Assembly: GCA_025453395.1 (NCBI GenBank)
Contig: JALOQK010000002.1
Span: 346,509-410,508, forward strand
Direction: 5' to 3'
Length of the DNA: 64,000 bases
From: Candidatus Omnitrophota bacterium
GTDB lineage: Bacteria > Omnitrophota > Gorgyraeia > Gygaellales > Profunditerraquicolaceae
Part shown: in pieces, positions 8,848 through 16,932 of the stretch
Layout of the letters: every line of letters starts with the position of its first letter
Numbering within the stretch: position 1 is the first letter of the stretch
Translations under genes and position numbers: made by a program
Notes under the pieces: model-generated
What the model was told of the DNA's origin: nothing
Database searches by the model: none
What the model saw: only the letters and a program-made list of their open reading frames with translations

Positions 8848-9858
8848 TTAACGCGTTAAAAACTGCCTTCCTGATTTTACCCTATCTCTCCAATAATCAA
8901 GCAAATCCTGCATAGTTTTTTCAAAAGGTATCTGAGATTCCCAACCTGTGTGAGCTTTAAATTTCTTGGTATCAGGAACCTGCAAATCTGCATCTAAAGG
9001 CCTCAGCCTGGATATTTCTGTCTGAACCTTGATATTCTTAACAATAGAGATAGAAAGTAAATAGTTAAGCATTTCTCTTATCGTGCAAGTATATGTGCCA
9101 CCGATATTGTAATATTCTCCCGGTATCGGGTTTATCGTTACTAACATAAAATATGCCCTCACGGCATCCCGGACATCTGCCCATGTGCGCAGAGAATCTA
9201 AATTGCCGGTTTTTAATATCGGGGGGATCATCTTCTTTTCAATCATAGCGATTTGTTTTGCAAAGGTAGATTCAGCAAAAACATCTCCCCGGCGGGGCCC
9301 TGTATGGGTAAACATCCGGGTAACAATAATTTTTTGGCCATATGCCTCGGCATGAAACCGGCCCACCAAATCCGTGCCAGTTTTTGAAATAGCGTAAGGT
9401 GACGCGGGATGAAAAGGACATTCTTCATTTATTGGTAATTTTTCTTTGGATACTCTTCCAAAAACCTCAGATGAAGAGCATATATGAATAATTGGGTTAA
9501 TACCAGAACATTTTCTCAACACCTCAAGCAATCTTTCAGTCCCCAATATATTTGTATCCAAAGTTTGAATGGGAGAACTAAAACTTGTAGTTGGATAGCT
9601 TTGCGCGGCCAGATGAAATACATAATCCGGCCGACTCTCATCAACAGCATTTTGCAACGAAATATAATCGCACAAATCACCATATATAAAATACAGGCGG
9701 TCTTGCTTATTAGCCCGATGAATAAGATGCTCAACGTTTTCCAAAGAACTGCGCCAACGGCACATACCGTAAATATCCCAATCTGTATTCTCTAATAAGA
9801 AATCAGCCAAATGGGAACCAACCATTCCGGTAATACCGGTAATTAATGCTTTTTTCAT
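8848..9858 (-). CDS. GDP-mannose 4,6-dehydratase-like extended SDR (Gmd/Rmd family)
   Basis: MKKALITGITGMVGSHLADFLL...YGDLCD...SSSEVFG...SPYAISK (YxxxK)...RTWADVRDAV. The layout resembles Gmd. Confidence 0.7.
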   Translation of the reverse strand: MKKALITGITGMVGSHLADFLLENTDWDIYGMCRWRSSLENVEHLIHRANKQDRLYFIYGDLCDYISLQNAVDESRPDYVFHLAAQSYPTTSFSSPIQTLDTNILGTERLLEVLRKCSGINPIIHICSSSEVFGRVSKEKLPINEECPFHPASPYAISKTGTDLVGRFHAEAYGQKIIVTRMFTHTGPRRGDVFAESTFAKQIAMIEKKMIPPILKTGNLDSLRTWADVRDAVRAYFMLVTINPIPGEYYNIGGTYTCTIREMLNYLLSISIVKNIKVQTEISRLRPLDADLQVPDTKKFKAHTGWESQIPFEKTMQDLLDYWRDRVKSGRQFLTR

Positions 9859-9861
9859 TGG

Positions 9862-9933
9862 TTACCTTTCATATTGCCTTAAATTTAAAGACTCTTTTCC
9901 CTGTTCTCCATAATTCTGATTACCCTGCTCCAT
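9862..9933 (-). CDS. 23-codon upstream ORF / putative leader peptide (MEQGNQNYGEQGKESLNLRQYER)
   Basis: A perfect Shine-Dalgarno sequence (AAAGGAGGG) lies 6 nt upstream of its ATG. Its stop codon is 3 nt before the ATG of the Gmd-like gene. At 23 codons it is too short to appear in the ORF track. Confidence 0.3.
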   Translation of the reverse strand: MEQGNQNYGEQGKESLNLRQYER

Positions 9934-9959
9934 TATTACCCTCCTTTTGCGCTCTTCTC

Positions 9960-10286
9960 TTAAGAAGATTGACTAACCGTTTCAAGCTCCTTCTTTAGCA
10001 GGTTGTATTCTTCTTCTCTTCTTTTCAGGAAATGTTGCAGCAGGCGCAGTTTTTCTTCTATCCCTTTTTCTGTAAGAAGATAATTGATTTTTTTGAGTTT
10101 TCCGGGGTTATTTGTGAAGTTTTTGGCTTTAATCAACCCCTTTTTGATAAGCTCCTTAAAGAGGTAATTGGTCTTGCCTAAAGATATGCCTAATTTGCGG
10201 GAAATCGCGCGTTGCGTGGCAGAGGGATTTGTTTCTATCTCTCTGATAATATAAAGGTTATCTTCCTTTAATAATTGTTCAGTCAT
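9960..10286 (-). CDS. MarR-family, EPS-associated transcriptional regulator
   Basis: ETNPSATQRAISRKLGISLGKTNYLFKELIKKGLIKAKNF...LLTEKGIEEK matches the short EPS-locus MarR (winged-helix) subfamily. The protein is 108 aa. Confidence 0.8.
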   Translation of the reverse strand: MTEQLLKEDNLYIIREIETNPSATQRAISRKLGISLGKTNYLFKELIKKGLIKAKNFTNNPGKLKKINYLLTEKGIEEKLRLLQHFLKRREEEYNLLKKELETVSQSS

Positions 10287-10295
10287 TGAACGTTT

Positions 10296-10323
10296 ATTAT
10301 AATCTCTAAAGAGAAAATGTCAA
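10296..10323 (-). promoter_or_regulatory. sigma70-like promoter for the MarR regulator gene
   Basis: On the minus strand TTGACA (10323-10318) is followed by a 16-nt spacer and TATAAT (10301-10296). The ATG at 10286 would then be about 3 nt from the predicted start site, giving a near-leaderless transcript. Flanking direct repeats GTCAAGG x2 may be an operator. Confidence 0.45.
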
Positions 10324-10364
10324 GGGAAAAAAGTCAAGGAAAGTCAGGAAATATGATGTGTTTT

Positions 10365-11510
10365 TTACTCAAGGAGGGTATCCAAAGCTTGACGCCAAGG
10401 AAGGACAACAACACCATTGTCAAGCTTGCGTGAATGAGTATCTTTTAAAGACACAACGAACAATGGCAACTTAGGAAAACGTCTACGAAAAGCTATTCGC
10501 GTAGCGTCTGACATTGTGTCCGTTGATGTTTTACACTCAAAAGCCATAATCGGCCCGCGAGAACCCTTGACGAGTATATCAACCTCATTTTTTCCCTCTC
10601 GCCAAAACGAAAGCTCATAAGGTTTTTCATGGTAATCCCGCATACGCTTTAATTCATTATAGAAAAAGGTTTCGAATAAAAAAACTCTCTCCTGTGGAGT
10701 AGGGGGATCAACCAAGCGATTCTGTAATGCCCGGACGACGCCGCAATCAAAGAAATAAAACTTTGGCCGCGCCTTCTTACGCTCGCTCCTGTCCCAAGGC
10801 CACAGAAAATCACCCAAAAGCGTATCCTCTAGTATCGAAAAATATTCTTTTACTGTGCTCATGGGAACCGAGGAATCGCGCGCCACAGAAGCAAATTCAA
10901 TTGTCTCCGCGTTCATTTGAGCCGCCACGCTTAAAAATCTCTGAAACGCGCTCACATTACGAGTCAATGCTTCAGCCTGAACCTCTTCTTTGATGTAAAT
11001 CGTGCCATATGCCTTTAATTGCCGCCGCACGTCATCTTCCTTGCCCTCAAGGAATGTTGTTACCACGCGAGGCAATGTTCCATAAGACAACGCCATATTA
11101 ATATCAAAGCCCTTGCCGACCTCAACATTGGTCAAAGGATAAAGTCTTAAATCAAGCGCCCTTCCACCTAGAAGGTTAGCGCTACCGCGCCGCAACTTGC
11201 GCGCGCTAGAACCAGAAAGGATAAATCTTAAGCCAATCTCCTCAATCCCTTTCTGCACATAATCTAATAACACCGGAACCCGTTGGACTTCATCTATAAT
11301 TACCAAGCCGTTCTTATATAAAGCCTGCAGCTTTTCCCAGAATATAACAGGAGTTCGTGAAAATGAAAGCTCTGTCTCAGGATCCAATAAGTCAATAAAC
11401 AAGGCTGGGTGCAGCCGACGCAATAAGAAAGTCTTGCCTGTCATACGAGGCCCAAACAAAAACAGGGATCCTGAGATCTTATCTAAATTGAGCAGTCTTT
11501 GATAACTCAT
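10365..11510 (-). CDS. AAA+ ATPase of the COG1373/DUF4143 family
   Basis: A Walker A motif (LFGPRMTGKTFLL) and a Walker B-like motif (LVIIDEVQ) are present. The C-terminal region is typical of DUF4143. The protein is 381 aa. Confidence 0.8.
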   Translation of the reverse strand: MSYQRLLNLDKISGSLFLFGPRMTGKTFLLRRLHPALFIDLLDPETELSFSRTPVIFWEKLQALYKNGLVIIDEVQRVPVLLDYVQKGIEEIGLRFILSGSSARKLRRGSANLLGGRALDLRLYPLTNVEVGKGFDINMALSYGTLPRVVTTFLEGKEDDVRRQLKAYGTIYIKEEVQAEALTRNVSAFQRFLSVAAQMNAETIEFASVARDSSVPMSTVKEYFSILEDTLLGDFLWPWDRSERKKARPKFYFFDCGVVRALQNRLVDPPTPQERVFLFETFFYNELKRMRDYHEKPYELSFWREGKNEVDILVKGSRGPIMAFECKTSTDTMSDATRIAFRRRFPKLPLFVVSLKDTHSRKLDNGVVVLPWRQALDTLLE

Positions 11511-11640
11511 AATATAAGAATAACATATTTATGTTATTTATCACGCATAAATAACATATTGTCAAATTGTTTTACGTAATGCTTCTACAAACATATAATA
11601 CAAATATGATTTGTCAAGTCAATTATGTATTTAGACTTTA

Positions 11641-12432
11641 TCAAGTAAATCGCCGCAACAGGGCTTCTCTGATCTTAACCAACTCTTTCGGATTTTCTAT
11701 TAAATCCGTGGCGCTCCAGGCGTCTGCACAATATTTCTCCAAATACGCGTAAGGCAGATACCCATAGCCTTTATCCGCCCATTTAGCGCTCCAGGAATTC
11801 TTGAATTTAAAAAGCTTTTTAGCTTCATCGTAACCAACAATACAAATCGCGTGTCCCCCAACCGCCTTTTCATCGTGCTTAGGCAGTGGAATTAAACCGG
11901 TTTCTTCTGCTTTCCTGTTAAACCACCCCTTATACACTTCTACTCCTGCCAAAAATGGGCCGTTAACCATTAAACTCTGCTTCATTTCAATGGTATCCTT
12001 TATTCGCGCGTAGGCCTTAATGCGGTATTTCTTGGCGGATAAAGAAGCCCCTTTCTTGGGCTTATCAGACTGATGCGGGAAATACGGCCAAAAAATTTCC
12101 GGGCAGACGCCGTATTTTAAGAGCATCTTCATCGCCACCCTTGGGTATGTCCCCTCTTCATCAGGCGCGCCGTCAAATTTCTTGCAAAGCGAATAAATAT
12201 ACCGCGGGGACAATTCAATTAACTTGCGGTATTCCTTTTTATCTTCATATTCCTTAACTCCCACAACCGAAGCAAACGCCACGCAGGTGCCTTCATCCTT
12301 TTGGTCGCGCACCGGAGTCATTGCCGAAGTATAATCCACGCGCAAAGAAACCTTGATATCCGGCAAAATCATTCCCATGGGAATATCACGGGCGTCTTTA
12401 GGGTCTTTTTTACAACCAAGTGAATAGGTCAT
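11641..12432 (-). CDS. papain-like cysteine peptidase (family C1A) lacking signal peptide and propeptide
   Basis: The catalytic residues are recognisable: the Gln/Cys segment DQKDEGTCVAFASV (compare QGxCGSCWAF), the His segment GGHAICIVGYD and the Asn/Trp segment NSWSAKWADKGYGYL. The protein is 263 aa and has no N-terminal hydrophobic segment. Confidence 0.7.
   Translation of the reverse strand: MTYSLGCKKDPKDARDIPMGMILPDIKVSLRVDYTSAMTPVRDQKDEGTCVAFASVVGVKEYEDKKEYRKLIELSPRYIYSLCKKFDGAPDEEGTYPRVAMKMLLKYGVCPEIFWPYFPHQSDKPKKGASLSAKKYRIKAYARIKDTIEMKQSLMVNGPFLAGVEVYKGWFNRKAEETGLIPLPKHDEKAVGGHAICIVGYDEAKKLFKFKNSWSAKWADKGYGYLPYAYLEKYCADAWSATDLIENPKELVKIREALLRRFT
12374..12432. repeat. direct-repeat copy A (59 bp), the functional 5' end of the C1 peptidase gene
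   Basis: It is about 54/59 nt identical to 13742-13800. The copies are cccatgggaatatcacgggcgtctttagggtcttttttacaaccaagtgaataggtcat and cccatgggaatatcgcggtcgtctttggggtcttttttacaaccaagtgaatagagcat. Confidence 0.85.
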
Positions 12433-12486
12433 TTAATTTATCTGCGTATTTGACACCTTTTTGTTATATTTTTCGGAAATAACGGC

Positions 12487-13668
12487 TTAAACCAACGAAG
12501 CAAGAAATTTATCCGCGCTGATCACTCGAATGCCGTCTTTTATAAGGTCAATTCCTTCTTGCTTTACGACCTGATAGCTAAACGGGATTTTGAGTTTTTT
12601 GCTAAAGTATGCCAACGGAGTTGAAATATTGCCCTTAAACGAAGATTTTACTTCAACGCAAAACCACGGCTTTCCTTCAACGCTCACCAGAAAATCCACT
12701 TCCCGCTGTTCTTTATCGCGCAAATAATAAAGCTGGGCTTTATAGCCTTCAACGTCAAAAAGAAAATGGCAAAACTTTAACAGGTGTAAAGCAGCCATAT
12801 TTTCAAATCTGACGCCTTCATCTTCAATCTGGGACCAATCCCAAAGATACAGTTTAGGCTCTTTCCTAAGAGATCTTATCACGGCACTGCGGAAAGGATA
12901 TACCCTGAAATGATAATAGAACTTTTCAAGGATATCAACCCAAGAGGCTATAGTCTTGTGGGTAACGTTTAAGTCCTCGCGCAGTGAATTTAAGGAAAAC
13001 AAAGAACCTGCCTTCCCGGGCAGAATTTCCGTTAGAATGTCCATTGCGGAGATGTCCCTGATACTTTCCACATCGCGGATGTCTTCCTTGACTAGTCTAT
13101 CTATCCTCTCATTATGCCACCGGCGTAGTTGCCTCTCATCCTGTTTAATGAATACCTCTGGGAAACCGCCGAATTTAAGCAATTTCTTAAATATTTCCGC
13201 ATGGCTGTCGTTATACCGCTGAAAATCAATCTCCTTAAAAGGAATATACTTCTTATCCCCGCCGGATAATTCCCCAAGGGATAATGGATGCAATCTATAA
13301 GAATGATACCGGCCAAGCAACGAATCCCCGCCTTTCTTATAGATATCAAGCCTGGCGCTGCCGGTTACAAGAATATGGAACTTTTCTTTATATTTATCGT
13401 GTTCACCTTTTAAATAATTTTTCCAGTTTCTGTATTTATGGATTTCATCAAAGATAAAAAGCCGCATCCCCGCAGGATATGCACCACGGAGAATAGTCTT
13501 TTTATCATCCCTGTTATCCCAATTTAAATATTCATACTTACCTTTAAAAAAACCATCACCAACCTGCTTGGCGAGCGTGGCTTTACCTACCTGCCGCGGG
13601 CCGGAGATAAAAACCATCTTATCCTTCAAATCCTCAAAAATACAGTCTTCCAAGTATCTTTTAAGCAC
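12487..13668 (-). CDS. AAA+ ATPase of the COG1373/DUF4143 family (second copy, diverged paralogue)
   Basis: A Walker A motif (FISGPRQVGKATLA) and a Walker B-like motif (LFIFDEIHK) are present. The protein is 393 aa and has the same domain layout as 10365..11510. Confidence 0.8.
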   Translation of the reverse strand: MLKRYLEDCIFEDLKDKMVFISGPRQVGKATLAKQVGDGFFKGKYEYLNWDNRDDKKTILRGAYPAGMRLFIFDEIHKYRNWKNYLKGEHDKYKEKFHILVTGSARLDIYKKGGDSLLGRYHSYRLHPLSLGELSGGDKKYIPFKEIDFQRYNDSHAEIFKKLLKFGGFPEVFIKQDERQLRRWHNERIDRLVKEDIRDVESIRDISAMDILTEILPGKAGSLFSLNSLREDLNVTHKTIASWVDILEKFYYHFRVYPFRSAVIRSLRKEPKLYLWDWSQIEDEGVRFENMAALHLLKFCHFLFDVEGYKAQLYYLRDKEQREVDFLVSVEGKPWFCVEVKSSFKGNISTPLAYFSKKLKIPFSYQVVKQEGIDLIKDGIRVISADKFLASLV

Positions 13669-13734
13669 GAAAGTCTCCTTTTATACTCTCTTACAAATTA
13701 TACCAAAGTAGAAAATGTTATCAAGAATTTTCTA

Positions 13735-13800
13735 CTCCAGCCCCATGGGAATATCGCGGTCGTCTTTGGGGTCTTTTTTACAACCAAGTGAATAGAGCAT
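13735..13800 (-). pseudogene. 22-codon remnant of the C1 peptidase 5' end (direct-repeat copy B)
   Basis: The reverse complement encodes MLYSLGCKKDPKDDRDIPMGLE*, against the intact MTYSLGCKKDPKDARDIPMGMIL of the peptidase. Its ATG at 13800 directly abuts the stop codon of the upstream WecA-like gene (13801-13803). Confidence 0.7.
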
Positions 13801-14850
13801 TTAACTTAGCCTTGATGTTGCTTTAAAAATAAAAACTCCTGATAATCCCATTGCCAAAACACCTGCGCCAGAAACCGCAACAATAATAAAACTTGGGCGG
13901 ACAGAATAGCCAAACGCCAGCGCCCCAAAAAACACGGCTATCGCGTAAAAAATCAATGTTACTTTTTTATCAGACAAACCTAATCTTGCCAAACGGTGCG
14001 AAAGATGGTCTATCCCGCCTTTATATATCGGGCGGCGCTCTAACGCGCGGGTAATCGCCACAAAAAAAGTATCAAACAAAGGCACGATTAACACCATCAC
14101 AGGGATAGCTACAACTTGGAATATATCTTTAGCGCTAAAGGCTGCAGATAAAGCAAGAACCGCCAAAGAATACCCTAAAAACATGCTTCCGGAATTACCC
14201 ATGAATATTTTTGCCGGATTAAAATTATAAAAAAGAAAACCCAAAGCGCACCCGCAGATGATAAGCGCTATATAAACTTGCGCGCCCGGAAGCCACCCAA
14301 AAAGAACACCCGCCGCAAAGGAATACGCGGCCTGCCACAATATAAGCGCAAAGAATATGCCTGCTATAGCCGCAATCCCGCAAGCAAGCCCATCCATATT
14401 ATCAAGCAAATTCAAGGCATTGGTTACTCCTGCCACCCACAACAGCAGGGCCAAAAAGATTACCCCAAAAAAATGCGCCCCTGACAGATTAAAATACCCG
14501 GAAAAGAAAAAAAATGCCAGCACGGAAATAAACTGCAGGGTAATTTTAAATAGCACGCTAAGGGAAAATTTATCATCCAATATGCCGGTCAAAAACATAC
14601 CTGTTGCCCCCAGCAAAAATGGCATACCATCATACAAGTCCGGCCGGCATAAAATAAAATAGGAAGCTGCGAAACCTAAGAAAATCCCTGCTCCTCCCAA
14701 CAAAGATGTAGGCTTTTTATTCCAGCGGTCATCCCTGGGCACAGCCACAATGCCAAGCCTAAAGGAAAATCTTAGGACCAGCGCAGTAGCAGCCAAAACG
14801 ATAAAAAACGGAACCAATATATATGGTAATAAACTAAGCGCCATGGACAT
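13801..14850 (-). CDS. polyprenyl-phosphate HexNAc-1-phosphate transferase (glycosyltransferase family 4, MraY/WecA/WbpL-like priming transferase)
   Basis: The NALNLLDNMDGLACG motif and multiple transmembrane helices are present. The ORF track begins the ORF at 14949; I placed the start at the internal MSMALSLLPYILV Met at 14850. Confidence 0.8.
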   Translation of the reverse strand: MSMALSLLPYILVPFFIVLAATALVLRFSFRLGIVAVPRDDRWNKKPTSLLGGAGIFLGFAASYFILCRPDLYDGMPFLLGATGMFLTGILDDKFSLSVLFKITLQFISVLAFFFFSGYFNLSGAHFFGVIFLALLLWVAGVTNALNLLDNMDGLACGIAAIAGIFFALILWQAAYSFAAGVLFGWLPGAQVYIALIICGCALGFLFYNFNPAKIFMGNSGSMFLGYSLAVLALSAAFSAKDIFQVVAIPVMVLIVPLFDTFFVAITRALERRPIYKGGIDHLSHRLARLGLSDKKVTLIFYAIAVFFGALAFGYSVRPSFIIVAVSGAGVLAMGLSGVFIFKATSRLS

Positions 14851-15655
14851 ACTCTCTAACGCATTCCGGCAATACCGCTTTGATTTGGCGCATTTTAAAG
14901 CCCGTTGATTCCAGCTTCCGGCAGGACAAAACAAGATTTGTACGCACAAGGCCTAAACTTTTGAATTTAACTTTTTCGTATTGGAATTCTGGAAAATATT
15001 TCCGGTATTCATCAAGCAAATCCGGATAACAAAGCGCGCCCCGATTTACTACATTATAAACGCCATTACACTTACGCATGATTAGATGCTTCACCGCTTG
15101 AAGAAAATCCGGGATATAGGTGACGGAATTGGGCAGGTCTATTGCCTTGCGATAACCTATTAGCTTAGTTAAAAGATTACGCGGATCAGGTATATTATCT
15201 AAGGGAACCCTAATTCTTAATACTAAAAACGGGAACTGTTTCATTAACGCAAAAAGCGCGTTTTCAGAATAAATCTTACTGCGGCTGTAAAACAGATCCA
15301 GGAAATCAGGAGGACGATTTTCAGTTATAGGAATATTCTTCTTATAATCATAATGAAAAATACAGCCGCTACTTATATGCACCAGTTTTACTTTATGTCT
15401 TACTGCAGCCTCCGCTAGAATCAAAGGAACAAAAGTATTTGCTGAAAGCGTCTGATCTATATCCAATTCGCACTGGTCAACATTCCTGCCAACCTTGCCA
15501 ATGCAATTAATAAGGACATCCGGCTTATAGCGGGCCAACTCTTGCGCAATATCCTGATAACAAGATATTCTTTTATCTGAAATAGGGCAATCCAGGGCAT
15601 CTTGAAGCCTTTTTCCGATATAACCGTTACCGATAATAAGCGCTTTTTTTCTCAT
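14834..15655 (-). CDS. dTDP-4-dehydrorhamnose reductase (RmlD)-like sugar-nucleotide reductase
   Basis: ALIIGNGYIGKRL is a Rossmann motif, SGCIFHY matches an active-site segment, and YSRSK is the YxxxK motif. It is a paralogue of 62724..63548 at roughly 55-60% identity by eye. Confidence 0.65.
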   Translation of the reverse strand: MRKKALIIGNGYIGKRLQDALDCPISDKRISCYQDIAQELARYKPDVLINCIGKVGRNVDQCELDIDQTLSANTFVPLILAEAAVRHKVKLVHISSGCIFHYDYKKNIPITENRPPDFLDLFYSRSKIYSENALFALMKQFPFLVLRIRVPLDNIPDPRNLLTKLIGYRKAIDLPNSVTYIPDFLQAVKHLIMRKCNGVYNVVNRGALCYPDLLDEYRKYFPEFQYEKVKFKSLGLVRTNLVLSCRKLESTGFKMRQIKAVLPECVREYVHGA

Positions 15656-15783
15656 ATTTTCAGGCTTGATAAATAGATTTTTATGTTAGCATTAAAACCT
15701 CCATGAAGCAAGCTTTTTTTAGCTATATTTATCGCACTTAATCTATTGTAGGACATAATCTTAAGCGTTATTTTCCTAAACGC

Positions 15784-15823
15784 AAAAAGGGCCGGCTTCT
15801 AATTACAGAAACCAGCCCTTTTT
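15784..15823. terminator. bidirectional intrinsic terminator downstream of gap
   Basis: AAAAAGGGCCGGCTTCTAATTACAGAAACCAGCCCTTTTT has a GC-rich imperfect stem with A and T runs on both sides. It lies about 20 nt after the gap stop codon. Confidence 0.55.
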
Positions 15824-15843
15824 AATACTAAAAACCTTTAGCC

Positions 15844-16893
15844 TTATAGGCCTTTTTTAACCATAAATTCTGCTAAGTCCACTACCCGGTTGGAATAACC
15901 CCATTCGTTATCATACCAGGAAAGCACCTTAACAAAATTATCCTGTATTACTTTAGTGCTTAAGCCGTCCACAATAGAAGAAAGCAAGCAGTGGTTAAAA
16001 TCAACAGAAACCACCGGGTCCATAGTAATGCCTAAAATCCCCTTCATTGCGCCATCACTAGCCTCTTTAAACGCGGCATTTAACTCTTCCGCGCTTACTT
16101 TTTTAAGCATGGAGCAGGTTAAATCCACAACTGATACATTAGGCGTGGGAACACGCATGGCAAATCCGTCCAGTTTTCCTTTTAATTCCGGAATAACAAG
16201 GCCGATGGCTTTAGCAGCCCCGGTTGAAGTAGGAATCATGGATACTGCGGCAGCTCGGGCACGGCGCAAGTCTGAATGCGCCATATCCTGAATCTTTTGG
16301 TCATTAGTATAGGAGTGAATCGTAGTCATCAAACCCTTTTCAATCCCCCATCTGTCATTCATTACCTTAGCAATAGGCCCAAGGCAATTCGTGGTGCAGG
16401 AAGCATTAGAAACTACATTGTGATTCTTAGGGTCGTATTTATCTTCATTAACCCCCATAACAATAGTAATATCTTCGCCTTCGGCTGGAGCGGAAATTAT
16501 AACTTTTTTGGCCCCGCCTTTGGTAATATGGCTCTCCGCGCCCCTTACTTCCTTGCCTTTTTTATTTACCCCGTCTTTTTTAATTGTAAAAAGTCCGGTT
16601 GATTCAATTACGATATCAACCCCTAAGTCCTTCCAAGGAAGCTCTACCGGGTCTTTTTTCGCCAAAACTTTTATTACCTTTCCGTCCACTATAATTGAAT
16701 CCTCGCCCGCTTTGACATCACCGTTAAAACGGCCGTGGACTGAATCATATTTAAAAAGATACGCGTTGGATTTGGCATCAGTCAAATCATTGACCGCGAC
16801 AAGTTCAAGGCTGGTATTCTTTTTTTCCAAGATCGCCCGGGCCACCAAACGGCCTATCCTTCCGAAACCATTAATACCGACTTTCACTGCCAT
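15844..16893 (-). CDS. gap: glyceraldehyde-3-phosphate dehydrogenase, type I
   Basis: Matching GAPDH segments are [11 protein letters not shown] (N-terminus), [10 protein letters not shown] (catalytic-Cys region) and [11 protein letters not shown] (C-terminus). Confidence 0.92.
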   Translation of the reverse strand: MAVKVGINGFGRIGRLVARAILEKKNTSLELVAVNDLTDAKSNAYLFKYDSVHGRFNGDVKAGEDSIIVDGKVIKVLAKKDPVELPWKDLGVDIVIESTGLFTIKKDGVNKKGKEVRGAESHITKGGAKKVIISAPAEGEDITIVMGVNEDKYDPKNHNVVSNASCTTNCLGPIAKVMNDRWGIEKGLMTTIHSYTNDQKIQDMAHSDLRRARAAAVSMIPTSTGAAKAIGLVIPELKGKLDGFAMRVPTPNVSVVDLTCSMLKKVSAEELNAAFKEASDGAMKGILGITMDPVVSVDFNHCLLSSIVDGLSTKVIQDNFVKVLSWYDNEWGYSNRVVDLAEFMVKKGL

Positions 16894-16932
16894 TTTGCTT
16901 TCCTCCTTATTAGTTGTATTTATTGTTTAAAA

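Noticed and set aside
9243-9734. Small minus-strand ORFs 9243..9428 and 9516..9734 inside the Gmd-like gene, and similar nested ORFs (13101..13349, 18692..18907, 35395..35604, 42492..42719, 43128..43379, 46882..47109, 49128..49328, 51160..51390, 53023..53214, 60836..61030)
   Set aside because: They sit in alternative frames fully inside longer genes with strong family support and have no independent evidence.
11511-11640. Short palindromes (aataacatatttatgttatt) between the first AAA-ATPase and the peptidase, considered as an operator or insertion boundary
   Set aside because: They are AT-only, low-complexity sequence in an AT-rich genome, with no matching partner at the other ATPase boundary. 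They are too weak to call.
15656-15780. Candidate promoter upstream of the RmlD-like/WecA-like operon (TTGCTT-N17-TAACAT on the minus strand)
   Set aside because: The match to consensus is weak (4 of 6 in the -10 element), and I could not support it further without transcript data. I did not report it as a feature.
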